NCBI RefSeq assembly: GCF_009914755.1
Contig: NC_060947.1
Strand: one strand, 5' to 3'
DNA: 64,000 nucleotides
Source: the human T2T-CHM13v2.0 reference genome, Homo sapiens
The position numbers and the translations under genes are program-made. Positions 1 through 12,810 of this stretch are shown piece by piece (positions within the stretch are counted from its first letter, which is position 1; each line of letters starts with the position of its first letter). A model generated the notes under the pieces. That model did not search any database and was not told the DNA's origin. It worked only from the letters and a program-made list of their open reading frames with translations.

Positions 1-113
1 GAGATGGGGTCTCACTATGTTGCCCAGGCTGATCTAGAACTCCTGGCCTCTAGTAATCCTTGCCTCAGTCTCCCAAAGTGCTGGGATTACAGCTGTAAGC
101 CACTGCACTCAGC
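1..113 (-). mobile_element. Alu left-arm fragment (old AluJ/FLAM-like), cut by window edge
   Basis: gagatggggtctcactatgttgcccaggctg...tcccaaagtgctgggattacag is the reverse complement of the Alu left arm. Confidence 0.85.
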
Positions 114-1402
114 CCTTTCTAGAAGGTTTTCAATTTACTTTGTCCAGATCCATCAAAGGAATCACTATCTATGGCAGCTATAGCCTTATAAAATGTATTT
201 CTTAAATAATAAGACTTGAAATTACTCCTTGGTCCATGAGATGCAGAATGGATGTTGTGTTAGGAGGCATGAAAACAACATTAATTTTGTTGCATATCTC
301 CATCAGAGCTCCTGGGTGACCTGGTGCATTGTCAAGGAGCAGTAATATTTTGAAAGCAATCTTTCTTTCTAAGCCATAGGTCTCAATAGTGAGCTTAAAA
401 TATTCAGTAAACCATGCTGTGAACAGATGTGATGTCAACTAGGCTTTGCTATTCCATTTATAGAGCACAGACAGGTGGACTCTGTATAATTATTAAGGGC
501 TCCAGGATTTTCAGAATGGTAAATGAACATTGTCCTCGACTTAAAGTCATCAGCTGCATTAGCCTCAAACAAGAGAGTCAGCCTGTCCTTTGAAGTTTTT
601 AGGCCAGGCATTGACTTCTCTCTAACTATGAAAATCCTAGATGGCATCTTCTTCCTATAGAAGGCTATTTCATATCCACTGAAAATCTGTTGTTTAGTAT
701 AGCCACCTTCATCAATGATGGTAGCTAGATCTTCTGGATAACTTGCTGCAGCTTCTCCATCAGCACTTGCTGCTTCACCTTGCAGTTTTACGTTATGGAG
801 ATGGCTTCTTTCCTTAAAACTTCATGAACCAACCTCTGCTGGTTTCCAACTTTTCTTCTGCAGCTTCCTCACCACTGTCTTCATAGAATTGAAGAGTTAG
901 GGCCTTGCTCTGGGTTAGGTTTTGGCTTAAGGGAATGTTGTGGCTGAAGACCTTTGACTCTTCCTTTCATTTGAACACTTAGAGGCTATTGTAGGGCTAT
1001 TCACTGGCCTAATTTCAATGTTATTGTGTTTTAGGAAATAGGAAGTCCTGAGGAGAGGGAAAAACTCAGGGAACAACAGGTTGGCAGAGCAGTCAGAACA
1101 CACACATTTATTGAAATTTGCCGTCTTTTGTGAGTGCAGTTCATGGCACCCCAAAACAATTACAATAGTAACATCAAAGATCACTGATCACAGATCTCCA
1201 TAACAGATATAACGATAATTAAAACGTTGGAAATATTGTGAGAATTACCAAAATGTGACAGACACACGAAGTGAGCCCATACTGTTGGAAAAGTGGCACT
1301 ATAGACTTGCTCAATGTAGAATTGCCACAAACCTTCAGTTTGTGAAAAACACAGTATCTGCAAAGCACGACAAAGTGCACTGCAATCAAGTGAGGTATGC
1401 CG
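114..1402 (-). mobile_element. Tigger1 DNA transposon (TcMar-Tigger), decayed, 5' portion
   Basis: Minus-strand ORFs 202-438 ([13 protein letters not shown]) and 435-647 (KDRLTLL) are pogo/Tigger DDE transposase remnants; terminal gtgaggtatgcc at ~1390-1401 matches the Tigger1 TIR (CAGGCATACCTC). Confidence 0.9.
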
Positions 1403-3696
1403 AGATATAGATGTAGAAAGTGCGGCCCAAACAGGTGAATGGGCTTGTCCAGGTTGAGGAAGTTAGTTGGTAGATTCCTGAACTAGATCTTCATCCTCCT
1501 AATTTCCAGTCCTAGGCTCCTTTACCCAACAATGCTGCCTCACTCGAGAGTAGCAGAACTCCTTTGTGTCAGAACAACGTGGTTCACAACAAGTTATTAT
1601 CTGAGAGAATATCATTTTTAAGATTTTCTATTTTCTAAAAATCTTGCCGTCTAAAAATTACTTCATAAAATGATTTGTAAAAGTAGGGGATAAAACAAGG
1701 ACAGTTATATGTATAGGGCAGGAAGAACTGATCTTTTTCCCTTGTTTCTGCAGCACCCTGAAGTACTTCTGTTAATACTTATGTCATTAATTCTAATAAC
1801 ATGTTTACATTTATGTGACTCGGGGGAGGGATTATGTCTTATTCATCTTTATATTCCAACCAAACACAGTGTCCAGCACATGATTGGTGAAGGGACAGTA
1901 AATATTTGTTAAAGGAATGAACAAGCCTATAAACCATAGATGAGAACTTTCTGAAAATAGGAAGGTATATGTTTTCTACAAAAGAAAAAAAGAAATTTTT
2001 TGTTTTAGAAAATTTTACCGGTTTTATTTCTTTAAAACAAAGGGATCACAAATGTAGTTCCAATTTTAAGTCCACAGAGCATTTCTCAACCAAACATTTC
2101 CAAATCAAGTTGGAGTGACTCTGAATAAGAGTCTTTACTTTTAAGGTGTATCTAAACGGAGTTGCCTGGGTTTCGCTCTCACAAATTATTATATAGAATT
2201 TATGTAGGAAAAAATAAATAGACAAGCCTTGCAAGAGTATGCCAAGTTATTATTACATTCAATTGTGAACAATAAAATAGCAAAGGATATTTATACCCAG
2301 ACCAGGAAGAAGAAAGCATACAGGATAGACTCAAGCAGTAATCCTCCCCACAATGAAGACAAAAAGAAAAGCCCCTGCTGATTGAATGCCTTCAGTTGGA
2401 AATTTATGAACTTGCTTTAAAGTCAAGGGAGCTAACATCTAGGCAATGGGGTTTCAATCACAGGCAAGGGGATTCTTTTATTTAATAATGACATTTAAAG
2501 AGCCATGGACCACCCCCCTTAAAAAATCAGAGGAAAGCCATGTTGTCCCTCACCATAACATACTCTCCTACACATAAAGTATTATTTGCTATTTCTTGTG
2601 GTGAATTGATACTACCCCACATTTGCCAGGTTAAAAATCCCTGCTATGAAGAATGAAATCTGGTGGCAAAATTAATCTCCAGTGAGGTCTGACTTCAAAG
2701 CCCATGTTCTTTTCATTACATTGCTAGGTAATCTTAGACAAGATATTTAGCTGCTCTAAACCTCACATTCCTCATCTGTAAAATGGGATAATAATGCCCA
2801 CCTTAAACAGGTGTTGTCAAGATTAAATGATTACTCTTTTTAAAATATCTAACATATAATAATCATTCTACAAATATCAATTTCTTCCTCTCCCTCAATT
2901 ACTAAGTGGTGAGTTCTAAGACCTAGCAAAACTTGAGAGAAAAATGCATCAAGGTGTCATTTTTTCCCTTTTAATCTTGCCTTAGTTTTTTTTTCCTGCC
3001 CTACAAGAGGTGAGAATTATATTGTTGAGGGAGACCAGACATTCTAAGAACCACGTGTTAGTCGTCCAGCCCACTTTACCAGGGAGAAAAAAGAAACAGG
3101 AACTGTCTGGTGGACACATTTCCACCAAGGGCCCCCACTACTTGGCACAGGGCCCAGCACTTTGTAGGGCCCCAATAAATGTGTGAGCAAGAAAGAAGGA
3201 AAGGAACAGAGAGAGAGAAAAGGAGGGATGGGTGGAAAAGAAAGGAAAAGAAGATTGAAAGTGATTGGGACTTTTCTTCTACCATAGAGCTCCAAGAGCA
3301 GGGTTCTTGACAGGCACAGGATGAAGAAAATTGATGTGTATCTCAAGAAACACCTTCCCATACTGAATTTAGCAGTGTCTGCATCAAAAGACATATAATT
3401 CTTCATTGACTCCTTTCACTGAATAAGAAGAAATGGAAAGAAACAGACCAGGAAAATATATCAATTTCTAGAACAAGGCACTGGGCTACAGTTAACACAG
3501 AAGATTAACAATTAAGAGTTGCCAGTTTTGTCTTCAGTAGGAATGATGATCAATAAAACATCATGACGTTTGAAGGGGAGGACTCTATAGTAGAAACACA
3601 GAGACATTAATTCATCCTATGTGGGACATCAGGAAAGTTGCTCCACAGGCTGGAGCTGAGCTTTTGCATCTGTAAAATGTGGGAGTTGGTTCATAT

Positions 3697-4052
3697 TAGT
3701 GGTTCTCAACATCAGCTGTTCATTAGAATCACCAGAGGGGTTTCTGAAAGTGCCCATGCTCTAGCCATAGCCCAGACATTAGCATCTTGGAAGGTGGAGC
3801 CCCAGACATCAGTAGTTTCAAAGCTTCCCAGGTGATCCCAATGTGCAGATAAACTTGAGAACTACTGATCCAGGTGATTTCTGGACCCTCACTACCCCTA
3901 GTGTGGTCCTCAGACAAGCAGCATGGGTGTCGCTTGAGATCTTTTTAGTAATTAAGATTCTCAGACCTTACCTCAGACCTAAATAAACAGAATCTGCATT
4001 TTAACAAGATCCCCAGGCAACCTGTACTGACATTAAATCTTGAAAACACTGG
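3697..4052. mobile_element. Two adjacent MER5A-like hAT-Charlie MITEs
   Basis: agtggttctcaac...cattagaatcacc...ttgagaactactg, followed by gtgtggtcc...agaatctgcattttaacaagatccccagg. Confidence 0.7.
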
Positions 4053-4894
4053 CCTAGGCACTCTTCTATGCAGCTCTTTCTTCTGACAATGCTTTGCTTT
4101 TGGCGCTGATATTACAATAATTTTTAGATCTCAGTGCCTGGCACGTTGTAAGTGTTAAAAGTTTTATACGTGTGTCATGTATATGTATTCAGAAAGCACA
4201 GAAATATCCCATCACACCTGTTCCACACAGGGGGTTAAGTGGAAATAGATTGGAAGAAAATGTAGCCCTGTAAAAGGCACGGACGATTTTATGAGATTCT
4301 GATCAAAGATTGTTTTTTCTCTGTAGAATGATGAAGTAGGGTCCCCTAAAGATCAGTTTCCAGGTTCCTCTTCAAAGTCAGCAACACCAGTGCAGTTACT
4401 AAAAACAACTGCCTCCATGTGGCAATTTGTATCCAACATCTTCTCACCTGGCAACACATCATTTGCAGGTTCCTTCTCTGTTGCTCATATTATGTGACAG
4501 CTCTTTTGTTCACAGCTCCCCCAGGAAATAATAGGTGGGTTGGCTGGGGAGTGTTTGACCTCCCCCAAAGTTTCCTGTTGTAATGTCCATTACCTCCTTT
4601 AAGCCTACAAAAGAGAATTCAGCTGACAAAGAAAAAGCACAAAGCATCAAAATACTGAAACTAAAGCTAGGAAGTTACAGATAATGTCAATGCAAGATGT
4701 TATTCTGACTTTGTAACTCAGGACTAAGAAGGCAGATAGCCCTCACATTTTAGACTAATCATGTTTAGTTAGGACTTTTTTGAGTAATGGTTTATTTGGA
4801 GGAGGGAGTGATTAGTATCCAAATGTTAAGGGAGAAGTGGCATGGGCAAAAATCCATAATTTTTAATTCGATTCAAGTTCCAGATATTAGGTAG

Positions 4895-5343
4895 CTGCCA
4901 ATGTCATGCCACTACCCGTATCCCCTCAGGCCTTACATTTCAGTAGGACCTTCAACAGTCAGTATCACTAGCCATTTGCCTGAGGGCTTTCTTTGGCTGT
5001 AAGCCCCACTCTGTCTTCAGCACAGAAGACTGAGTTCTAGGATCAGTACCACAGTTGAAGCTTTCAGGTAATGAGTGAATGGAAGTGGTGTATAAATACC
5101 CAGTTCCCTTGCCTTTTAGGTAAAATCATTTGGAGATGCTTGTTCTATGCTGGCTCTGGGAGATCCCCAGCAGCATGAACCTCCAGTTGCTCACAATGAT
5201 AACTTAATATATGCCTGATATTGTCTTCTTTCCCAACTCATTTCCTCACTCACCTACCCATGTTCTCTGTACCTCCAGAATAAACTACTTTTACTTGAAT
5301 CCTTGCCTCAGGGCCTGCTTGTGGGGAAACCCACAACAAGACA
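4895..5343 (+). mobile_element. ERVL solo LTR, LTR16-like
   Basis: 3' end aataaactact...aatccttgcctcagggcctgcttgtggggaaacccacaacaagaca is typical of the LTR16 family. Confidence 0.7.
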
Positions 5344-5594
5344 AATTTTATATTCCATTTTCTTTAAGATCCTCACAGGTATAGAGTTCATAACTTATAT
5401 TATTTTCTTTTAGTTTTAATATTTCAGTAAATAAAATAAGTTATGGTATGAAGAGTTCAAAGTGTTTTGATGACAACCTTGAAGAGCTCATCTTATTACC
5501 TTATTCATGATACTCATCTGACATGTGAATCTGCCAATACGTGAGAAGATGAGAAAAGAGATTGATATAACAGCAGCAGAGCCCAATGGGGAAA

Positions 5595-5790
5595 AGCCCT
5601 GGTTTCCAGTTCTGGTTCTATACTTGTTAGCTGTATGACCTTGGTCGGGCAAGCTGCTTAACCTCTCCGACTCAGTTTCTTGACACTTCAAACATGGGGG
5701 AACTAATGGTCTCCATCCACAGGCTTGTGGATGTTCAATCAGATAACATATGTGTTTAGGACAAGGTCTGACACTATTAATTACGAGCAG
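5595..5790 (+). mobile_element. MIR SINE
   Basis: MIR core: tagctgtatgaccttgg...cttaacctctccgactcagtttct. Confidence 0.65.
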
Positions 5791-6929
5791 CTCAATGGTC
5801 TAACTAGTTACCCAAGAATACTGAATCCATGGGGATACCTTCAACTGTAAAATAGAAGACCCAACTAAACATGGCTTGCACCAATAAGAACATCTATTAC
5901 AATGTAAAGCAAGATTCTGCAGCAAGAATCTCCCCCCTCCCTACTTCTCACATTTCATTGGCCAGAATTAAGGCATATGCCTATAAAACCATGAATCAAG
6001 CTTCCAATCAAGATAAACCTCCTCTTTCTCTGTATCCTTTTTCATTTCATTTCTCACACTGGGCCACTGTGTGTCAGAGGACTATCACAATAAGCCTCAG
6101 TAGATTGGCTGGTGCCGGGCAACCTTAGCTGAGCTCATTCATATACGTGTGGATTGGGTAATATACATGAGGCTCCACCGAGTAGCTCTGCTTCAAGCTA
6201 TAGATCTGCAGGTTGACGAGGTAGCTTTTTCACCTGTTTCTCATTCGCCTTGGACCACCAGGCTAGGTGGTGCAAGGTCTTCTCATGTCCATGATAGAGG
6301 GTCAGGTGTGTTAAGACCTAGGCTTGGAACTGGAACACTGCAACTTTTCTGCCCTTAAACCATTGATCAAACAAGTCACACGGCCAAGTCCAAAGCCAAG
6401 GTGTGGGGTCATAGTGTCTGCCTACCATGAAGCCAAAGGGTGTGGACGTAGGAAGGACAGAAAGGGATCAGTCATTCATTCTAATGTAACACGTTGTCAG
6501 AACAAAGAATGTGTCAGTACCCAAATGGATCTGAATTCATATAGCATTCATGTTTCTGCCATGAATTTCTGCACTGGTTACTATATTGGGATGTCATCTG
6601 GGGTCCCATGTAAGTAAGCTGTTGCAAATGGGCCTGAGAGATTACTTGCCAAATGACAGGGTTGCCCAGGAATTAGTGACCTTCCAGCTCTAGCATCCCA
6701 TTATTTGCAGTTTGTAGAAGAAAACCGGGAGAACGTGAAAACCCAAAGAGAAGTGAGGGATCATGTCTTAGGAACCTGCATCCTTCCATCCTGCTTCGAC
6801 TTCTCAACTAAATTCTTAAGTCCTGGAGTGCAGGTATCACCGAAATTTGCCCCATGCCTGAAATACATGGTAGTAGATGGTGACTCTGACAAGCGTGAAG
6901 TGACCTGAATCTGGGGGAAGTTTCTGGGT

Positions 6930-7730
6930 GAACAGAGAGCGCGGAGGATGCGCGGGTCATGCTGGAGGCGGGTCCCAGCCAGATGTGCACAGCCCGCCCC
7001 GCCCTCCCTCGCTCACCCCGTCCAGCTTCATCCGCAGAGGAGCCTCGGCCAGGCTTGCCAGGGCGCCCCCAGCCCCTCCCCAGGCCGCGAGCGCCCCTGC
7101 CGCGGTGCCTGGCCTCCCCTCCCAGACTGCAGGGACAGCACCCGGTAACTGCGAGTGGAGCGGAGGACCCGAGCGGCTGAGGAGAGAGGAGGCGGCGGCT
7201 TAGCTGCTACGGGGTCCGGCCGGCGCCCTCCCGAGGGGGGCTCAGGAGGAGGAAGGAGGACCCGTGCGAGAATGCCTCTGCCCTGGAGCCTTGCGCTCCC
7301 GCTGCTGCTCTCCTGGGTGGCAGGTGGTTTCGGGAACGCGGCCAGGTGAGTGTCTGACTGGCGATTGGCTTCCCCCCACCCCCGGCCTGAGGTCCCGCTT
7401 TGGGGCCCCATGTCTTTGCAGGCACCCCCGCGTGTATGGGTGTGAGTGTGCACGTGTGCCTGTGCGCGCTGCGACGGGATTTAACCTGGATACCAGGCCG
7501 GGAGCGCCCACGGGCTTTCCTCCCTGCTCTCCTGTGGCGGGGCTTTGCACCTAGTTAGCTCCTTTTGCATCAGCTGTGCCCCTCCTGGCTGCGTCCGGAG
7601 GGTTGCAGGAGGAGGGAGGCTCTGCACGCAGACCCGTGGGTGCGTGCGGGCTTGATGGTCTGCAGACCTGCTGTAGGGGCAGGTGTGTGAGGGTTGGTAT
7701 GCGTGTCGGTGGGTGGGTTCTGTGTCTGTG
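6930..7730 (+). promoter_or_regulatory. EGFL6: CpG-island promoter of EGFL6 with GC boxes, 5'UTR and start of intron 1
   Basis: Abrupt GC/CpG-rich block in otherwise CpG-poor DNA; Sp1-type GC boxes (ggaggcggg ~6964, cccgccccgccc ~6993-7004); no TATA box; surrounds the first coding exon. The exact TSS cannot be determined from sequence. Confidence 0.85.
7272..7345 (+). CDS. EGFL6: EGFL6 coding exon 1, signal peptide
   Basis: ATG at 7272 with A at -3; [24 protein letters not shown]; donor CAG|gtgagt; phase 2. Confidence 0.97.
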
Positions 7731-8029
7731 CGGTTTTGTGTTTTCCACTCTATTCACAGGACACCAAGTGCTTGTCAGTCGCTAGTTTTGCTGGGGAAGG
7801 AGGGAAAGAAACCGAGGACGATAAAGCATTTACTGTTCTTGAGCTGAGCCAGCCGGGCTGCTCTCCTCACTGCTCTCTGATTAGGGTTGATGAACTGGAA
7901 AGAAAGGACACGGTTGTCAGATGACAACCATTCTCATTCTTGCTATGGCAATGCAGACTCTGAAGCCGTTCCCTACTGCCCTTAAGCTTAGCTGAGACCT
8001 GAAATATTTTTTCCAGAGATCGGCAAAGA

Positions 8030-8280
8030 CGCTTAGTAAATGCACGCTTACATGGTGACTGTCGACCTGGCACTGTTCTAAGCACTTCAGGACTATTAAC
8101 CTACCCAAAGCCATAATGGCTCTGTGTGTAAGGTACTATTATCATCATCTCCGTGTTGTAGAAGAGAAAAACGAGGCACAGAGAGGTAAAGTAATTTGCC
8201 TGAGGAAGCATAGCCAGTAAGAGATGGAGCCAGGGTGCAAACCTAGGTATTCTGGCCCAAAGTCTGTTCTTCACCAGGGC
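8030..8280 (-). mobile_element. MIR SINE
   Basis: gaggcacagagaggtaaagtaatttgcctgagg...ggagccaggg is the antisense MIR core. Confidence 0.75.
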
Positions 8281-8365
8281 ACTAGGGCAGCCTTCCGGCA
8301 ACGGAAGAGGTTTTCTGGTTCTCTAACTGTGATGTCTTGCTTTCTACTTAGGTGTCCACTAGAAT

Positions 8366-8626
8366 ATGGTTTTTCCACCGCAGCATTATTGACCTTTCGG
8401 GCTGGGCTGGATAATTATTTGTTGGGGTGATGGGCTGCCCTGTGCATTGTAGGATGTTTAGCAGCACCTGTGGCCTCTACTCACTAGATACTAGTAGCAA
8501 CCTTGACCCCACCCCACCCCCCACCCCCACCACCACCACCACCACCAAGTTGTGGCAACAAAAAAAAGGTTTGGGATATTGCCCAAGGTCCCTGGAGGGC
8601 ACAATTGCTCCTAGCGGAGACTGCTG
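8366..8626 (-). mobile_element. MER20 DNA transposon with an internal C-rich (CCA)n tract
   Basis: gggctgccctgtgcattgtaggatgtttagcagca...ggcctctactcactagat matches MER20; C-rich run at ~8507-8547. Confidence 0.8.
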
Positions 8627-9596
8627 AACTATAGAAATTTTTCAGTGATGATTCCTGAGGAGAGTAGGATAAGAGCTTTGGTTTGGTACAGGCTTCTCGA
8701 AGGTTTGCCTATCTTTGTTTGACTTACAGGAAAAAATATTTCATCAGAGTTAGCCATGGTATTAAAGGATTTCGAAGTTAAAACAGAACAAACCTCAAAC
8801 CAGGTTCTTAGAATGTATGATCGCAAGTTTCAATTTCCTTTTCATGATAAAAATGTAAGCAGATGCAATTTGCTCATAATCACATTTTCCTTGAATGCTA
8901 GAGGTTCTTGCGTTGCTAGAAAGCCCACTTAAAAAAGACCAAATGCTGTTTGGAGATGAGATTAATAGTTCTTTAGCGGCCAGCAAACTGACCTCCAGGA
9001 GCTTCACTTTCAAAGTGCCACCAAATTAAATTAAAAGCCAAAAGCCCCTGGATAAACCTAAGCATATTAAACTGGAGAATCCATGTCAGGATTCTGCAAT
9101 TCTGCAGTTTTCAAGATGTGAACCATGGTTTCTTTAGACGATTATCAAGTTTATGAGCTGGTGTGTTTATTATTTGCTCAATGTGCTTGGAAATGTCAAG
9201 TGGTCAGCTCTTCAGGAATGTCCAGGACCCATGTTTAATCAGCTCTAGATTCCACATTACGGATAAGACACTGTTACAGAGAAGGCAAGGCACCCATTGC
9301 AGAAAACTGTGTCTACTGGTTATTTCCTGGGGTTTCACAACTTATAGGAAAAACTGTGGCTGCTGTATAGAGATTTCCAGTATAAGCATCAGTTCTTTTT
9401 AATTGAAACACTGCACTATGATTTTATAACCTAGAAAATTATGTGCTTCTTAAATGGTATTTAGTGCATAGTACACAATTAACGCTCATCAAATGAATAA
9501 ATCATTAGCTCCATGCATGTACCTGCCCTTAAGCTTCAGAATTTGGCTTGCCTTATATTTTTTATGTCCTTTGGGTATTGGAACTATTTAGATACC

Positions 9597-9918
9597 CTAG
9601 ACCTGTCCAATACAGCAAAGATGGTAACCAGGAGCCCCAAGTGGCTATTGAATACCTGAAATGTGACCAGTCCAAGTTGAGATGTGCTGCAAAAAGTATC
9701 AAATACACATCTAATTTTCAAAAAAAAGAACAGGAACTATCTCACTAATCATTTGATATTGATTACATGTTGAAATGGTAATGTGGATATACTGCATTAG
9801 ATAAAATTGTTATTAAGATTAATTGCTTCTGTTTCTTTAGCATTTAAAAAATGTGGCTACTAGAAAATTTTAAATGGCATATATGGATATTTATTTCTAT
9901 TGGACAGTGCTGGTCTAG
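9597..9918. mobile_element. MER33-like hAT-Charlie element
   Basis: Terminal inverted repeats ctgtccaata...tattggacag; internal gtggctattgaatacctgaaatgtg. Confidence 0.75.
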
Positions 9919-10204
9919 AACACTTATTGATCTGAACTCCATCTCGAGTGTTCTAAGTCCTAACACTGGGATCTTTTTGCCTTGAGTACCTAAGATAAAT
10001 ATATTATTAACTTTGCTATTCTGGAGATTAACGTTTGGAGCAACTCCTTCCTTACAACATATTTCTGTTTTATATTTTTTTCTCTACTGAATTCAAGTAA
10101 AAATAATGTGAGAGAGGAGGGAATGACTAGGTTCCTGCTGAGAGGCTTTACTTACAGAGACCACATGCTATGTGGGTAATTGATTTTTCTCAAAGCCCTG
10201 GTAG

Positions 10205-10660
10205 CAAAGTGCCACTGTAAAAATTGGCCACAAATTCCATGGCTTAAAACAAGAGAAGTTTATTGTCTTACAGTTCTGAAGACCGGAAGTCCATAATGAA
10301 TCTTATGGGGCTAAGATTAAGGCATCAGCAGGACTGGTTTCTTCTGGAGGCTCCAGGGAGGTTCCATTTCTTGTATCTTCCAGCTTCTAGAGGCTGCCAA
10401 CAGTCCTTAGCTTGTGGCACAATATCTTTTTCCTTTGTCACTTTGCCTTCTCTCTGATTCTTCCTTGTTTTCTTCCTCCTAAGAAGAACCCTTGTGATTA
10501 TATCAGGCCCACTCGGATAATTCAGGATAATCTGCTCATTGCAAGAGCCCTCACTCGATCACATCTGGAAAGTCCCTTTTGATATATAAGATAACATTTA
10601 CAGGTTCCGGGGATTAGGATGTATACCTCTGCGGGGTGGGGGCGTTATTCAGCCTTTCAC
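10205..10660 (-). mobile_element. MaLR LTR (MLT1C/D-like)
   Basis: ggcttaaaacaa...cagttctg...tccagcttctagaggctgcc...caggttccggggattagga...attcagcct. Confidence 0.75.
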
Positions 10661-11384
10661 AGGAAGCCTGAGCTGTAAGTCTGTTGTTCTTATTTCTATG
10701 GGCTAGATTTTATCTTTAAACATGATTTTGGTGATTTTCGAATGATTGGTATATCATTTATTTCTTTATTCTTCAAGCTGTAATTTGTGAGAATGTACCC
10801 AAAACTAAAGAGCTGTGTGTTTCTGGGAAATAATAATCATCTAATTACAACTTAAAAATCATTTCTGGGCAGCCTTATTTCAATAGTTAGTTTCACTGGC
10901 TTAGAAAGTGTTAAAGTCCTATTTATATGTAATTCATGAGCATAAATCAAGGCTATGTAAACATTACAATGAAAATAAGTGTATTACCTAGTCTTCATAA
11001 ATCAGATTGGCATTCAACAGATATTATTGAGGCCCTAGTCAGTGTCAACCATTTTCAATGTTATTTCAATCAATCCTCTCAACAACCCTAAGAAATGGGT
11101 ATTGTGTTCATTTGACAGACAAGGGAATGGAGAAACTTGAAGAAATTAGGTGATTTCCCATGAATTACATTTGATTTGGTCTTCTGCTCTAAGACCAGTG
11201 TTGTCCCACTATTCCAAATTTATTCCCTCAAAAAAAGTGAATACAGAAAAGCTGACATTTTTACAAAGGGCTTTCTTACAAATGATCACCAGTGATCCTG
11301 TTTAGCTTGACTCTAGTTCAGCACATTCAAGGGACATATGTAGAGTAAGTGCTCCATCCACCCAGTACCACCACTTTCCTTTCT

Positions 11385-11770
11385 AAGTTTGCATTTTCTC
11401 AGAAGCAGACTCTGTGTGTAATTTATTTGAGAGGTGACCCCAGGAAGTTCTGGTAGAGAAGTAGGGAAGTGGGACAGAAAAGGGAAAGAAGTGTCGTAAA
11501 AATAAGTCACCACTCTGTCAATCCTGCTGGGGAATTCTAGGAGACAGTAGAACACGAGAATCCTAGTTATCCCTTGTGAAGACAAGGGAGCCGGGGTGTT
11601 TGTAATCCCAACAGTCATTGGTTGAGGGCTTCTGGGGAAGGGGATTCTGCACTTTCAGCCTACTGTGCACACAGGAAGAGCTGGCTCCTGCCAAGACAAA
11701 AAGTTCTCAGGAATCGTGAAATGAGGCTGGTCAGGTTCCACAATGTGCCAACAGCTATTTGCCACTGAGC
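11385..11770 (-). mobile_element. ERVL solo LTR, LTR16-like
   Basis: agaagcagact...tttatttgagaggtgaccccaggaag...cagtcattggttgagggct. Confidence 0.7.
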
Positions 11771-12055
11771 CAGTAAAACAGGGAACTACCACTGATGAAC
11801 TTGTGCTCCTGGTGACAAATTTCAGGACAAAAACTCCTCTGAGGACAGTGGGGGCAGGACATGCAGGTATCCTGAGGTGATGTGGACTGAATTGTGTACT
11901 CCCTCAAGATTCATATGTTGAAGCCCTAACCCCACTACCTTAGAATATAATTACATTTGGAGATAGGGTCTTTAAAGGAGCAGTTAAATTAAAATCAGTT
12001 CATTATGGTGGGTCCTTATCCAATATGACTGCTGTCATAAGAAGAGGAGATTAGG

Positions 12056-12552
12056 GCCTTTCTCCCTCCCCAGCCATCTTGGTGGATGCTCTTGGCTGGG
12101 GGCCATCCCACACCTAAGACAGGAAGACTGTGGCTGCAAAAAAGACAAAAAAAAAAAAAAATCACCGGAGTCAATCAACTGTAGGCTCCAACTCATTATG
12201 AAAAGTGAAAAGTACATGCTGGAGTACAAGAAGACTCTGAAGATGATCAGACAAGGCAAAGTGAAACTGTCATCCTTGCCAACAATTGTACAGCTTTGAG
12301 GAAATCTGAAATAGCATTATTACAGCATATTGGCCCAAACTGGTGTCCATCACTACAGTGGCAATAATAATGAATTGTGCACAGCATGCAGAAAATACTA
12401 CAGATTCTGCACACTAGCTATCATTTATCCAGATGATTCTGATATCATTAGAAGCATGCCATAACAGGCTGGTGAAAGGTAAACCATACAAGATTATTCT
12501 TTACTAAAACTTGCCAAAGCTTATTTAAAACAAACAAACAAACAAACAAACA
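12056..12552 (+). pseudogene. RPL30P15: Processed pseudogene of ribosomal protein L30 (RPL30); probably the annotated RPL30P15 (number from memory)
   Basis: Intronless copy with 5'TOP-like UTR (cctttctc...ccatctt) and decayed VAAKKT...[25 protein letters not shown]...[10 protein letters not shown]...DSDIIRSMP; ATG changed to ACT at 12127, poly-A expansion, frameshifts, premature TAA at 12462; (AAAC)n tail; 14-bp TSD aagaggagattagg at 12042-12055 and 12819-12832. Confidence 0.92.
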
Positions 12553-12810
12553 GGCCGGGCATGGTGGCTCATGCCTGTAATCCCAGCACTTTGGGAGACC
12601 GAGGCAGGCAGATCACCTGAGGTTGGGAGTTTGAGACCAGCCTGACCAACATGGAGAAACTCTGTCTCTACTAAAAATACAAAATTAGCCAGGCATGGTG
12701 GTGCATTCCTGTAATCCCAGCTACTCGGGAGGTTGAGGCAGGAGAATCACTTGAACCCAGGAGGCGGAGGTTGTGGTGAGCTGAGATCATGCCATTCTGT
12801 CTCAAAAAAC
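12553..12810 (+). mobile_element. AluS (Sp/Sq-like) inserted in the pseudogene tail; 3' arm has a ~30-bp deletion
   Basis: ggccgggcatggtggctcatgcctgtaatcccagc...ccagcctgaccaacatggagaaac; gagatcatgccatt runs directly into ctgtctcaaaa. Confidence 0.9.

Noticed and set aside
6928-7924. Many overlapping ORFs on both strands, including an in-frame GTG extension from 7155
   Set aside because: Expected from stop-codon scarcity in a CpG island; only the ATG at 7272 gives a signal peptide and splices into the EGFL6 frame.
8507-8547. C-rich tract able to form a G-quadruplex on the minus strand
   Set aside because: Simple low-complexity expansion inside a MER20 with no supporting context.
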